Source: Candidatus Krumholzibacteriia bacterium
Lineage (GTDB): Bacteria; Krumholzibacteriota; Krumholzibacteriia; JAJRXK01
Assembly (NCBI GenBank): GCA_041484665.1
Contig: JBGPIA010000001.1
Coordinates: 768,001 to 832,000, forward strand
DNA: 64,000 nt
Direction: 5' to 3'
Position numbers and translations under genes: made by a program
Notes under the pieces: model-generated
Databases searched by the model: none
Told to the model about the DNA's origin: nothing
The model's input: only the letters and a program-made list of their open reading frames with translations
In this document: piece by piece, positions 10,757 through 20,362 of the stretch
How positions within the stretch are numbered: position 1 is the first letter of the stretch
Layout of the letters: every line of letters begins with the position of its first letter

Positions 10757-12142
10757 TCAGACGTTCGCGGCGCCGGCCGCGCTCCCCGGCGGCGCGCCGT
10801 TGGCCTGCGCGTGCCCGGCCGTAGGCCCGCGGTCGATCTCGCGCGTCACCAGGAACAGGAAGAGGATGCTCAGCAAGGTGTACATGCCCATGAACCCCAG
10901 CATGGTGAACAGGGTATTGCCCGTGGACACGTTCGCGGAGAACCCGTCGGCCGTGCGCAGCAGCCCGTAGATCAACCACGGCTGGCGCCCCAGCTCCGCG
11001 CTCATCCAGCCCGCCGTGTTGGCGATGTACGGGAAGGGGAACATGACCATCAGCAGCCACAACATGGGCCGGCTCTGGAACAGCCGCCGGCGCCATAGCA
11101 GCAGCGCCGCCAGCAGCATCACCCCGATGAAGATCGTGCCCAGCCCCACCATGATGTGATACGCGTAGTACAAGAGCGGGATGTTCTGCGGCCAGTCCTG
11201 CCGCGGGAACTCGTTGAGGCCGTGGACGGGTGCCTTCCACCGGTTGTAGGTGAGGAAGCTGAGCGCGCGCGGCACGATCAGGGGGTTGTCGAGCTCCTGT
11301 TGATCCATGTCGGGCTGCCCCAGGATCGCCAGCGGCGCGCCGTGCTCGGTGTGGAAGAGCCCTTCCATGGCGGCCAGCGTGGCGGGCTGGTGGCGCGCCA
11401 CGTTCTTGCCCTGCGCGTCGCCGGTGGGGAACGCGGCCAGGAGCGCCGCGGCGAGCCCCGCCGGTACGGCCACCCGCAGGTAGATGCGCCCGTGCTCCGG
11501 GTTTCGCCCGCTCAGCAGGTAGAACGCTCCGACCGCGGCCATGGCGAAGCTGCCGGTGAGGACCGCGCCCAGCATGGTGTGCACGTACTGCCACAAGGCC
11601 CACGGGTTGGTGAGCAGCGCGGTGAGGCTTTGCAGCTGGATCTGGCCGCCGGGGCCCAGCGTGTAGCCGACCGGATGCTGCATCCAGGCGTCGGTGGCCA
11701 CGATGAAGAAGCCGGAGATCCACGAGCCCACCCAGACCAGCACCGCGGCAGCCCAGTGGCCACGCGGTCCCAGACGTTTCTCCCCGTGCAGCAGCAGCCC
11801 AAGAAAGCTGGACTCCAGGAAGAACGCGAAGGTCCCTTCCATGGCCAGCGTCTGGCCGATGACGCCGCCAGCGGCCTGGGCGAAGCGCGACCAGTTCGTG
11901 CCGAACTGGAACTCCATGGGGATGCCCGTGACCACCCCCATCACGAAGTTGATCCCGAAGATGCGCGCCCAGAAACTTACGGCCTGATCGTAGTGCTGCG
12001 CCGCCTCGCCGGTGGAGCGCAGGGCCATCGTCTTGAGCACGACAATCAGCAGCGCCAGGCCCATGGTGAGCTGCGGGAAGAGGTAGTGGTAGGTGATGGT
12101 GAACGCGAAATGGAGCCGGTGGGCGGCCAGTGCGGTGTCCAT
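10757..12142 (-). CDS. cydA: Cytochrome bd oxidase subunit I
   Basis: YHYLFP, GIPMEFQFGTNW, FFLES, ELGRQPW. Confidence 0.95.
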   Translation of the reverse strand: MDTALAAHRLHFAFTITYHYLFPQLTMGLALLIVVLKTMALRSTGEAAQHYDQAVSFWARIFGINFVMGVVTGIPMEFQFGTNWSRFAQAAGGVIGQTLAMEGTFAFFLESSFLGLLLHGEKRLGPRGHWAAAVLVWVGSWISGFFIVATDAWMQHPVGYTLGPGGQIQLQSLTALLTNPWALWQYVHTMLGAVLTGSFAMAAVGAFYLLSGRNPEHGRIYLRVAVPAGLAAALLAAFPTGDAQGKNVARHQPATLAAMEGLFHTEHGAPLAILGQPDMDQQELDNPLIVPRALSFLTYNRWKAPVHGLNEFPRQDWPQNIPLLYYAYHIMVGLGTIFIGVMLLAALLLWRRRLFQSRPMLWLLMVMFPFPYIANTAGWMSAELGRQPWLIYGLLRTADGFSANVSTGNTLFTMLGFMGMYTLLSILFLFLVTREIDRGPTAGHAQANGAPPGSAAGAANV

Positions 12143-12392
12143 GGCGCGCACGCTAGGGCGCCGGCCGGGATCGCGCAAGGCCGGCAATCGCGGCGATGTC
12201 CGCCCCACCCTGGCAAGCGCGGCTTTGCCCCGGCGCAGCAAGCGCAAGCGCCACCCGCGCGCCACGTCGGGCAGGGACGCACTCGACTTGCGGCGCTGCG
12301 GCCGCGTGGCTACTCTAGCGGGCTAGCGCTCGAGACAGCGGACCCTCGATCCAGCAATCCATCCCACGTGTCACGTGGAGGAGGAAACCCCG

Positions 12393-12980
12393 ATGTCGTT
12401 GGTCGGCTCGAAAGCCCCCGAATTCAGCCTGGACGGCTACTACAAGGGCGATTTCAAGACCTTCAAGCTCTCCGACATGAAGGGCAAGTGGGTCTACCTG
12501 CTCTTCTATCCCCTCGACTTCACGTTCGTCTGCCCCACCGAAGTGCTCAGCTTCTCCCAGCACGCCGACGAGTTCCGCAAGCGCGGCTGCGAGGTCTTGG
12601 GGGTCTCCGTCGACTCTAAGTTCGTGCACAAGGCCTGGGTCGACAGCAAGACCGAGGAGGGCGGCCTGGGCGGAAGCCTGAGCTATCCGCTGCTGGCCGA
12701 CATCAACAAGACGGTCGCGCGCGACTACGACGTGCTGCTGCCCGACGGCGTCGCGCTACGCGGCCTGTTCCTCATCGACCAGGACGGCCTGATCCGGCAC
12801 GCGACGATCAACCACCTGCCGGTGGGCCGCTCGGCCACCGAGGCGCTCCGCACGCTCAAGGCCTTCCAGTACGTCACCTCCCACGAGGGCGAGGTCTGCC
12901 CCGCCGACTGGGACGAGGGGATGGACACGATGAAGGCCAGTCCCGAGGGGATGCGCAAGTACCTCTCGACGCACAAGTAG
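12393..12980 (+). CDS. ahpC: 2-Cys peroxiredoxin (AhpC/TSA)
   Basis: FYPLDFTFVCPTE and GEVCPADW; GGAGGAGG RBS. Confidence 0.95.
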   Translation: MSLVGSKAPEFSLDGYYKGDFKTFKLSDMKGKWVYLLFYPLDFTFVCPTEVLSFSQHADEFRKRGCEVLGVSVDSKFVHKAWVDSKTEEGGLGGSLSYPLLADINKTVARDYDVLLPDGVALRGLFLIDQDGLIRHATINHLPVGRSATEALRTLKAFQYVTSHEGEVCPADWDEGMDTMKASPEGMRKYLSTHK

Positions 12981-13244
12981 GCTTCAAGCCGCCCCCGCCG
13001 CGCTCCCACCCTCTGCTCGGGGGCCCCGGCCGCAGCGCCTAGAATCAGGCGGTGGCGTCAGGCCGCACGTGCGATCTGGCTGGGGGCTTTGGATGATGAG
13101 GGGTACGCGCGAGCGGCGCACCGGAGCTCCGGTGCGCCGCTTTGCAATTCCGTGCCGACGGTGTTGCCGGCCGCCAGGGCGCCGGGTCGCCGTCCGCGAG
13201 TGGTGTCGCGATCGACCCCCTGCGCGCCGCCGGGTGGGGCCGGC

Positions 13245-13520
13245 TCAGCCGGCCTCGGACAAACGTCGAACCGACGCCACCTCACTCATCGGGACCACCA
13301 CGCGGTCCAGCTTCTTCCACACGCCGACCATGGCCGCGCGCCGGACGTAGTCCGCCTTGCTGCGCCCCTGCTCTCCGTCCTCGTGGAGGTCGGCGTCCAG
13401 CAGGACGATGCGGTCGTCGTCCATGGTGTCGCAGCGGCCGACGTAGACGCGCGGGCCGGCCGTGTCGACCACGACCGTGATTCCGTGCAGATCGCCCTTG
13501 TCATGGTGGAAGGTGCCCAT
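13245..13520 (-). CDS. Small hypothetical protein, possibly Sm-like fold
   Basis: GGAG RBS; VVVDT..VYVGR..DD..IVLLDAD...VVVP..EVASV pattern; 63 bp downstream of brx. Confidence 0.65.
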   Translation of the reverse strand: MGTFHHDKGDLHGITVVVDTAGPRVYVGRCDTMDDDRIVLLDADLHEDGEQGRSKADYVRRAAMVGVWKKLDRVVVPMSEVASVRRLSEAG

Positions 13521-13583
13521 CGTGGAGTCTCCCGCGGCGCGCGGCCGTCCAGACGGTCCGTGCGCGCCCGTACGGCCCGGCGG

Positions 13584-14021
13584 CTAGGCGGCGCGGGCCG
13601 GCGCGCAGTGCTTCTGGAACACCGTGGCGAGCTCCTGGGCGATGCCCATGGCGTCACGGGACTCGATGCGGTGGCGCGGCAGGAAATGCACGATCTCACC
13701 GTCCTTGAACAGCACCATCGACGGGCTGCTGGGCGGAAAGTCGGAGAAGTAGCCGCGGGCTCGCGCGGTGGCTTCGACATCCTGTCCGGCGAACACGGTC
13801 GCGATGCGGTCCGGGGCGTTGGTGGCCTGCTGCAGGGCCAGCGTCACGGCGGGACGGGCGTTGCCGGCGGCGCAGCCGCAGACGGAGTTCACGATGATCA
13901 TCGCCGTCCCGGACTGCTCGGCCATGAAGCTGTCGACCGCCTGGGGCGTGGTCAGCTCCTTAATCCCCAGCCGGGTGAGCTCTGCGCGCATGGGCTGGAC
14001 GAGCATGGGATCGTAGGGCAT
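13584..14021 (-). CDS. BrxA/BrxB-family bacilliredoxin
   Basis: VNSVCGCAAGNARP, TVFAGQD, PPSSPS. Confidence 0.93.
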   Translation of the reverse strand: MPYDPMLVQPMRAELTRLGIKELTTPQAVDSFMAEQSGTAMIIVNSVCGCAAGNARPAVTLALQQATNAPDRIATVFAGQDVEATARARGYFSDFPPSSPSMVLFKDGEIVHFLPRHRIESRDAMGIAQELATVFQKHCAPARAA

Positions 14022-14085
14022 GGCTGTTCCTCCGCGAGCTTGGGCCGGCCGCGCCGGCGCCTCTTTCAGCTGGTTGCAGGGGACA

Positions 14086-14101
14086 TGTGAGGTTAGTCAC
14101 A
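14086..14101. promoter_or_regulatory. CRP-type box TGTGA-N6-TCACA
   Basis: TGTGA ggttag TCACA, a perfect consensus 65-80 nt upstream of the brx start. Confidence 0.55.
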
Positions 14102-14166
14102 GATCCAGACAGGGGCAAGTCGCGACCCGGACGCTCGGACACAGGGGCCCCCTCTGCGGCGGGCGC

Positions 14167-15768
14167 TCACCCCCCCTTGCGGTCCTTCCCGAACCAGGCG
14201 TGCTCCGGCCGGGCGAGGATCCCGCTGATCACCTGCTCGACGGCCGTGGCCGCCTTGGCCTTTCCGTGGGCTCTCGCCTGTGCCGCAATCGAGCGCGCTT
14301 GCGGGACGAGCTGGATGTAGAAGCGATCGGCCACCTCGAACATGCCGTGCCAGTGGGCGTAGTCGGGCGCCATCATCGAGGCGCCGTGGCGGGCCCGCCG
14401 CCCCTCATGGTGCCACAGGAAGTACCACGTCCACTCGATCTCCTCGTCAAAGTCGGCCTTCGTGCGCAGCCCGTTGGCCAGCAGCGCCTCCATGATCTCC
14501 TGGCCGGGCTTGGCGAACTTCTCGTCGTAGTTGATCACGAAGTCATCGTACTGCTTGTAGAACGCGTCGACGTAATTGGGGGTGTGGCAGTGCGAGCACA
14601 CCTCTTTCATGCGGCCCCGCTTCTGCTCCCACGTGTCGCTGACCAGCGCCTTACGCTTCTGCGGGTCGGTCTCCTTGACGACGTTGTGCTGCGCGTCGGT
14701 GTCCATCACCAGGCTCACCGGCGGCCGGTTGGTCCAGGAGATGCGCTCGCCAGGATCGTGGGTGACCTTGCCGCCGTTGCGCGTATTGCCCGACATGTGG
14801 CAGGTGGCGCAGGTGGGCGCCGCACTGTAGTCCTTCCCCAGCACCCAGGTCGCGGCATCGAGGTTCATCTCGTCACGCAGGTCACGGTACGCGACTCCGT
14901 GCTTGGACTCCTCGTAGATCTCCTTTTGCGGATGGTCGGGGCCGAGGTGGCACTTGCCGCAGTTCTCCGGCTGGCGCGCACGCCGGGCCGAGAAATCGTG
15001 GCGGCTGTGGCATGCGGTGCAGGAGCCCAGCGTCCCGTCGAGGTTCATGCGTCCGATCCCGGTGTTGGGCCAGCTGGAGGGCGCCAGCATCGGCTTGCCG
15101 CCGGCGTCGCGCGCGATGCGGGCGAGCGCCTGCTGGCTCGTGGGTTTGCCGTCGCCGTCGGGCTTCAGATCGTCGACCGTGACCAGGCCGCCATCCTTGG
15201 CGACGAGCGCGACCTTGCCGCCGTGGCACTGACGGCAGCCCGTCTGCACGCTGGCCATGCCGTTGACCTTGTCGCCGGTCTCCGCTGGATCCCGGCCCGG
15301 TGTGGGCGAGTGCGGGTCGAACGGCACGCGCGACCCCTCGATGGTCTCCGCCAGCAGGTTGTCCAGGGAGGCCAGAATATTGCCCGCCTTGGCGTGATGG
15401 CTGCGCTCGAACTCCTCGAACTCGGCGCTGTGACAGACGGCGCAGTCCGCAGGCGTGACGACCGTGGCGATGTGGGCGCCGTAGTGGTCGAACCCGTCGG
15501 CGTCCTGGGCGTCGGCGCCGTGGCACTCGGCGCAACCGACTCCTTCGCGTGCGTGGCGGCTGCCGCGCCAGTGGGCGACGATGCCGGGATTGTCCTTGCT
15601 GTGGCAGTCCACGCAGGCCCGCGAGCCGGGCGGCACGGCGGCGTCCGGCGTTGCGCTCGCGTTTTCTGCGGCCACGCCCGCGGTCTCTGCGGCCGAGGCC
15701 GGCGCCGGCGCGACGGCCAGCAGAGCCACCGCCAGCGCCGCGCACCGCGTCTTCACGTGCAACGTCAT
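14167..15768 (-). CDS. Periplasmic octaheme c-type cytochrome, HAO family (epsilon-Hao-like)
   Basis: AGGAGG RBS; signal peptide; 8 CXXCH (CVDCH, CAECH, CAVCH, CRQCH, CTACH, CGKCH, CATCH, CSHCH); CHLGPDHPQKEIYEESKHG; MMAPDYAHWHG. Confidence 0.9.
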   Translation of the reverse strand: MTLHVKTRCAALAVALLAVAPAPASAAETAGVAAENASATPDAAVPPGSRACVDCHSKDNPGIVAHWRGSRHAREGVGCAECHGADAQDADGFDHYGAHIATVVTPADCAVCHSAEFEEFERSHHAKAGNILASLDNLLAETIEGSRVPFDPHSPTPGRDPAETGDKVNGMASVQTGCRQCHGGKVALVAKDGGLVTVDDLKPDGDGKPTSQQALARIARDAGGKPMLAPSSWPNTGIGRMNLDGTLGSCTACHSRHDFSARRARQPENCGKCHLGPDHPQKEIYEESKHGVAYRDLRDEMNLDAATWVLGKDYSAAPTCATCHMSGNTRNGGKVTHDPGERISWTNRPPVSLVMDTDAQHNVVKETDPQKRKALVSDTWEQKRGRMKEVCSHCHTPNYVDAFYKQYDDFVINYDEKFAKPGQEIMEALLANGLRTKADFDEEIEWTWYFLWHHEGRRARHGASMMAPDYAHWHGMFEVADRFYIQLVPQARSIAAQARAHGKAKAATAVEQVISGILARPEHAWFGKDRKGG

Positions 15769-15977
15769 GCACATCCTCCTGGGAGTGGTCGTGGCCGGGA
15801 GTCTGTGGGCCAGAGCACCCGGCGGCGATGGCGGCGGCCGCGAGAGACCGCAAGCGGACGGCACGGGGCAACGCAACCTGCGCGCGCGGGCGACTCTACG
15901 GCGCAAGGGTGGGGACATCCAACGAGAAGCTGCGGCCGCGCCCCAGGGCCAGCGCAGAGCGGGGAGCCGGCGGTGGC

Positions 15978-17261
15978 TCAGACCGCTGTGGAGACTGCGG
16001 CGGGCGTGCTCGCCATGCGCTGCAGCAGCTCGCGGCGCTTGCGCGCCATGCGCCGCGTCCAGCCCGCCGTGAAGGCCGTACGCATGGCGGCCAGCTTGAG
16101 CTCCTGCAGGCGATGGGCGTGGGGCCGGTCGCTGAGCCCCGCGCACTCCTCGGGCAGCATCACCAGGCTGACGTGGATGTTGGGCGCGATGCCGATGGGG
16201 AGCCCCTGCTCCATGCACGCGTCGTACAGGCGCGCGAACACCGGAATCATGTCCTCGGTCCGCGGCGGGGGCACGTCCGCGTAATCGGTGCCCTGCAGCG
16301 GCCGGAAGACGCACACCGTGGGGATCGCGCCGCGTTGCGTGATCCAGTCGATGGCTTCGATGCTGGATGCGGGTGCCTCCAGCCCCGCGATGATCTCGCC
16401 GTTGGTGACCCACGGCGAAAGCCGCAGCGCGCTGCCGCGCCCCAGGCCAGCGCAGTACTCCACCGCCTCGAGATAACGGGGCAGCCCGTACTGCGAGTGC
16501 TTGCCCGGACAGACCTCCTCGAAGCGCTGCGCGTCGAAGATCTCGAAACAGAAGCTGACGCGGTTGACGCCCAGACGCTTCAACGCGTCGTAGCGTTCCA
16601 GCTCGGCGTGGGGTGGGGTCTGTACGCCGATCAAAAGACCCGTCTCCTCCTTCACGGCGCGGATGTAGGGCTCCAGCAGGTCGAGGTACGTCTCGCCCAC
16701 GTAGTGGCCGGTGTTGAAGTCCACGTAGGTGATGGCGCTCTCGAGCATCGCCGCGCGCACCACCTCCATGACCTCCGCCACGTTCTTCTCGCTGGCGTCG
16801 TCATGGCCGAGGTTGAGGCCGACGCTGCAGAACCGGCAGTTCACCTTCTCGTCGCGCGTCCAGTATTCACAGACCTGCCCGGGGTAGATGCCCAGATACG
16901 TCCCCTGCAGGGTGCCGACCTGACGCATCTTCCGCCCGGTGCTGGTGGGCCGCTCGTACCAGCCCGGCTGCGGGGCGAGTTCCACATCGCAGACGAAGGT
17001 CCCGTCCAGCTCCAGGGACAGGTGCCCCTGATTCTGCCGCAACCGATACGGGGAGTCCGCCGTGAAGGCCTCGGTGACCGGGATATTCGTCCACATCCGC
17101 CCTGGCAGCACCACCTCCAGCCCGCTGCCCAACCCAGCGCGCGTGCGCAGGATCGGCCGGCCGGTCTTCAAAGGCTCGAAGCAGGAATCATCCAGCCGCA
17201 TCCCCTTGCAGTACAGGTCGAGTTTGAGCAGAGAGGGGTTCTTGCGGACGTCGCGCTCCAT
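15978..17261 (-). CDS. Radical SAM protein with CX10CX2C motif (MSMEG_0568-like)
   Basis: CEYWTRDEKVNCRFC; RTRAGLGSG; PGK; IAGLE; VFRPLQGT; GGAGG before ATG 17261. Confidence 0.8.
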   Translation of the reverse strand: MERDVRKNPSLLKLDLYCKGMRLDDSCFEPLKTGRPILRTRAGLGSGLEVVLPGRMWTNIPVTEAFTADSPYRLRQNQGHLSLELDGTFVCDVELAPQPGWYERPTSTGRKMRQVGTLQGTYLGIYPGQVCEYWTRDEKVNCRFCSVGLNLGHDDASEKNVAEVMEVVRAAMLESAITYVDFNTGHYVGETYLDLLEPYIRAVKEETGLLIGVQTPPHAELERYDALKRLGVNRVSFCFEIFDAQRFEEVCPGKHSQYGLPRYLEAVEYCAGLGRGSALRLSPWVTNGEIIAGLEAPASSIEAIDWITQRGAIPTVCVFRPLQGTDYADVPPPRTEDMIPVFARLYDACMEQGLPIGIAPNIHVSLVMLPEECAGLSDRPHAHRLQELKLAAMRTAFTAGWTRRMARKRRELLQRMASTPAAVSTAV

Positions 17262-17423
17262 GGATGCCTCCAACCCGGGATGCAGAATCTGGTTCAAATA
17301 TTATGGGTTCCGTTGTCGGGAAACCACTGTGGAATTGCGATCTGCCACCCCACTACCCCCGGCTGGACACGGCGTCCCCCAGCGCCCGGCGCTGCACCCC
17401 CCGTCGCCGACCCCCCCGTCCGG

Positions 17424-17915
17424 TCAGTTGCTACCGGCGTGGTGCTCAAGCACCGCTCCCAGCAACGGGCATTGGAGCATGACGCACCGGGTGTGGACGG
17501 GGCGGTCGTCGTCGTGGGCCCGGTGCCAGAACTGGGTCGGTGTCAGTCCCGTCGAGTGCTTGAACACGGCGAAGGCGTGGGTCCGGCTGGAATACCCCAT
17601 GTTGTCGAGCGCCCTGCCCGCCTCCAGGCGATCCTGGTGGGTCAGACTCACCACCGCCATGGCCACGCGCGCCGCTTGGAGCAATGCGTGCGCATTGACC
17701 ACCGGCGAGAGGCTGCGCGTGAGGTGCTCGCGGGACACGCCCAGCTTCTCCGCCCACTGCCCCACCGAGAGGATGGTGCCGGGGCTCTCGCGCAGGAGCT
17801 CAATGGCCCGGACCAGCAGTGTCGAATGCAGCCTCTGTTCGAGGCTGAGGAAGAACGGAGGTAGACAGGTGCCCCCGCAATCGTTGAGCGGCGGGGGATT
17901 CAGTTCCTGCTCCAT
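17424..17915 (-). CDS. Single-domain AraC/XylS-type HTH regulator with terminal Cys pairs
   Basis: AEKLGVSREHLTR and MGYSSRTHAFAVFKHSTGLTPTQF; AGGAGG RBS. Confidence 0.8.
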   Translation of the reverse strand: MEQELNPPPLNDCGGTCLPPFFLSLEQRLHSTLLVRAIELLRESPGTILSVGQWAEKLGVSREHLTRSLSPVVNAHALLQAARVAMAVVSLTHQDRLEAGRALDNMGYSSRTHAFAVFKHSTGLTPTQFWHRAHDDDRPVHTRCVMLQCPLLGAVLEHHAGSN

Positions 17916-18031
17916 GAGCCAGCCTCCTGTGCATGGAATTATGGAGGTTGTGGTGCACATATCAGCCAAGCCGCGAGACCGCGCGTGCGGTCGTACGCGA
18001 TCCAGCGAGTTCCCGAGTCCGTCCCGGCGGC

Positions 18032-20362
18032 TCACGCGGCCGCCTTCGCCGCGGCCACGTAGAGCTGGCCCAGTGCCAGCCCCCCGTCGCCCGCGGGCAC
18101 CAGTCGGTTGAGACACAGCGTCAAGCCGCCGCCGCGGGTCTGCCGGCGCAGCTCCGCCCGCAGCCAGGTGTTGACCAGGCAGCCGCCGCTGGCGACCACG
18201 GTGTCGAGCCGGTGTGCGCGGGCCACCTGCACCGCTGTGGCCGCAGTCCAGCGCGCCAGCGCCGCTTGCGCCCATGCCGCGCACGCCGCGCGCGACCGGC
18301 CCGGATCCAGCGGCTCGCGGCAGCACGCCAGTAGCTGCTCCAGCACGGCGCGCAGGTACTCCAGCCCGGGTAGTTGCGGGTCGGGAAGTCGGGGCTCGTC
18401 CAGCGGGCGCGGCGGGCCGGCTTCCCGCTCCAGGCGCATGGCTGCCTGAGCGTCGAAACGCGCCTCCGAGCAGATCCCCAGGATGGCCGCCACCGCGTCG
18501 TAGACGCGGCCCAGGCTGGTGGTGGGCACGCATCCGCCGTCGGTGCGCAGCACCGCAAGGGCTGCGTTGGCCTCCTTGAGGTCGCGCACGGACCGCTGCG
18601 CCCATTGTTGCGCGGCGTCGTCGCCCAGCAGGTCCCACAACAGCCCCAGCGCGGAGCGCCAGGGGTGCGGCACACGCTCGGTCGCCGGAATGCGGAAGGC
18701 TGGAAGACTGGCTGCGCGCGTGAAGGTCGCAGCATCTCCCACGAGGAACTCCCCGCCCCAGACCGAGCCGTCCACGCCGTAGCCGCCCCCGTCCAGGCAC
18801 ACGCCGACGACGGGCCCGCTCAGCCCGTGCTCGGCCATCACGCCGGCCATGTGGGCGTGATGGTGCTGCACGCCGACGGCGTGGCCGCCGAACTGCTCGC
18901 GCACCGCGTAGCCGTGGCTGTGCGGGTGGAGATCGTGGGCCACCAGCTCGGGCTCCACCGACCAGCTGCGCAGCATGTGCTCGACCGTGCGATGGAAATT
19001 CCCGACCGCGCTTGCGCTCGCCAGGTCACCGAGGTGCTGGCTGAGGTAGACGCCGCGCCCCTTTGCGACGCCGACGGCCGCCTTGAGCGCCCCGCCCAGG
19101 GCGAGCGTCGGGGGCAGTGGCCGCCGCAGCACGACCGGGCTCGGAGCGCTGCCGCGGGAGCGCCGCACGGGCACGGGGCCTTCCGACTCCAGGAGCACCA
19201 CCGAGTCATCGCAGCTCATATGGATGCGGCGGTCATGAAGCACCAAGGTGTCGGCGAGCTGCGCGAGCTGAGCGCGAGCGTCCTCGTTGTCGGTGAGAAT
19301 GGCCTCGCCGCCGACGTTGGCGCTGGTCACCACCAGCGGCTCGCCGATGGTGGCCATCAACAGATGATAGAACGGCGTGTACGGGAGCATGACCCCGTAC
19401 TCGGCGCTGTCGGGAGCGACCGAAGGTGCCAGCGACTCGGGCGGGCGCTTGCGGGCGACGACGATGGGGGCGGAGCGGTCCAGCAGCAGTGCCCGCCCCG
19501 CCAACGTGAGCTCCACGATCCGCTCGACCGCCGACGGGCTCCCCACCATGACCGCCATGGGCTTGGCCTCACGGTGCTTGCGGCGGCGCAGGCGGGCGAC
19601 CGCATCTTCGTCCTCCGCCAGGCATACCAGGTGGAAGCCGCCGATCCCCTTGATCGCGAGGATCTGCCCATCGCGCAGCAGCTGCGCGACGTCGTCGATC
19701 ACGTCGCCGGGCGCCAGCGGCGGCGGCGATGGCTCGATCCAGTACGCCGGACCGCACTCGGGGCAGGCATTGGTCGCACAGCGGTAGCGCCGGCTGGAAG
19801 GGTCCTCCGTTTCCGCACGGCAGTGCGCGCACATCTGGAACGGCGCCATGGTGGTGCGCGAGCGGTCGTAGGGCGCATCCAGCGCGATGGTGAAGCGCGG
19901 GCCGCAGTGGGCGCAGGTGGTGAACGGGTAGCGGAAGCGGCGATTGCGCGGCTCGAAGATCTCCTGCAGGCACTCCGGGCAGGTCGCGAGGTCGGGGGTG
20001 ATGGGGACGGAGATCTCGTCTCCGTCGCCGCCGGGCTCGATGCGGAACGGCTCGAGCGTTGGGTGCGGGGTTTGCTCCTGCTCCGTGACGCTCTCCACAT
20101 GGATCCTGGGCGGCAGCTCGCTGTGCAGCCGCTGCTGGAACGCTTCCACGGCACTCGGTGCCCCTTCGACCTCGATCAGGACGCCGGCGTCCGCGCAGCG
20201 CACCCACCCACCCAACCCGAGCTCGGTGGCCAAGCGGTACGTAAACGGACGGAATCCCTCCCCCGGCGCCGTACCACGCACGAGCAGTCTGCGGCAGATC
20301 CGGCTGCCCTGCGCAGCGACTGGCTTGACGTCCCCCCTGGGGTTACCGAAGCTGTCAGGCAT
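18032..20362 (-). CDS. hypF: Carbamoyltransferase HypF (divergent; start uncertain)
   Basis: GFRPF acylphosphatase-like domain; two Zn fingers; KGIGGFHL; QHHHAH; DGGLALGQ. Confidence 0.9.
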   Translation of the reverse strand: MPDSFGNPRGDVKPVAAQGSRICRRLLVRGTAPGEGFRPFTYRLATELGLGGWVRCADAGVLIEVEGAPSAVEAFQQRLHSELPPRIHVESVTEQEQTPHPTLEPFRIEPGGDGDEISVPITPDLATCPECLQEIFEPRNRRFRYPFTTCAHCGPRFTIALDAPYDRSRTTMAPFQMCAHCRAETEDPSSRRYRCATNACPECGPAYWIEPSPPPLAPGDVIDDVAQLLRDGQILAIKGIGGFHLVCLAEDEDAVARLRRRKHREAKPMAVMVGSPSAVERIVELTLAGRALLLDRSAPIVVARKRPPESLAPSVAPDSAEYGVMLPYTPFYHLLMATIGEPLVVTSANVGGEAILTDNEDARAQLAQLADTLVLHDRRIHMSCDDSVVLLESEGPVPVRRSRGSAPSPVVLRRPLPPTLALGGALKAAVGVAKGRGVYLSQHLGDLASASAVGNFHRTVEHMLRSWSVEPELVAHDLHPHSHGYAVREQFGGHAVGVQHHHAHMAGVMAEHGLSGPVVGVCLDGGGYGVDGSVWGGEFLVGDAATFTRAASLPAFRIPATERVPHPWRSALGLLWDLLGDDAAQQWAQRSVRDLKEANAALAVLRTDGGCVPTTSLGRVYDAVAAILGICSEARFDAQAAMRLEREAGPPRPLDEPRLPDPQLPGLEYLRAVLEQLLACCREPLDPGRSRAACAAWAQAALARWTAATAVQVARAHRLDTVVASGGCLVNTWLRAELRRQTRGGGLTLCLNRLVPAGDGGLALGQLYVAAAKAAA

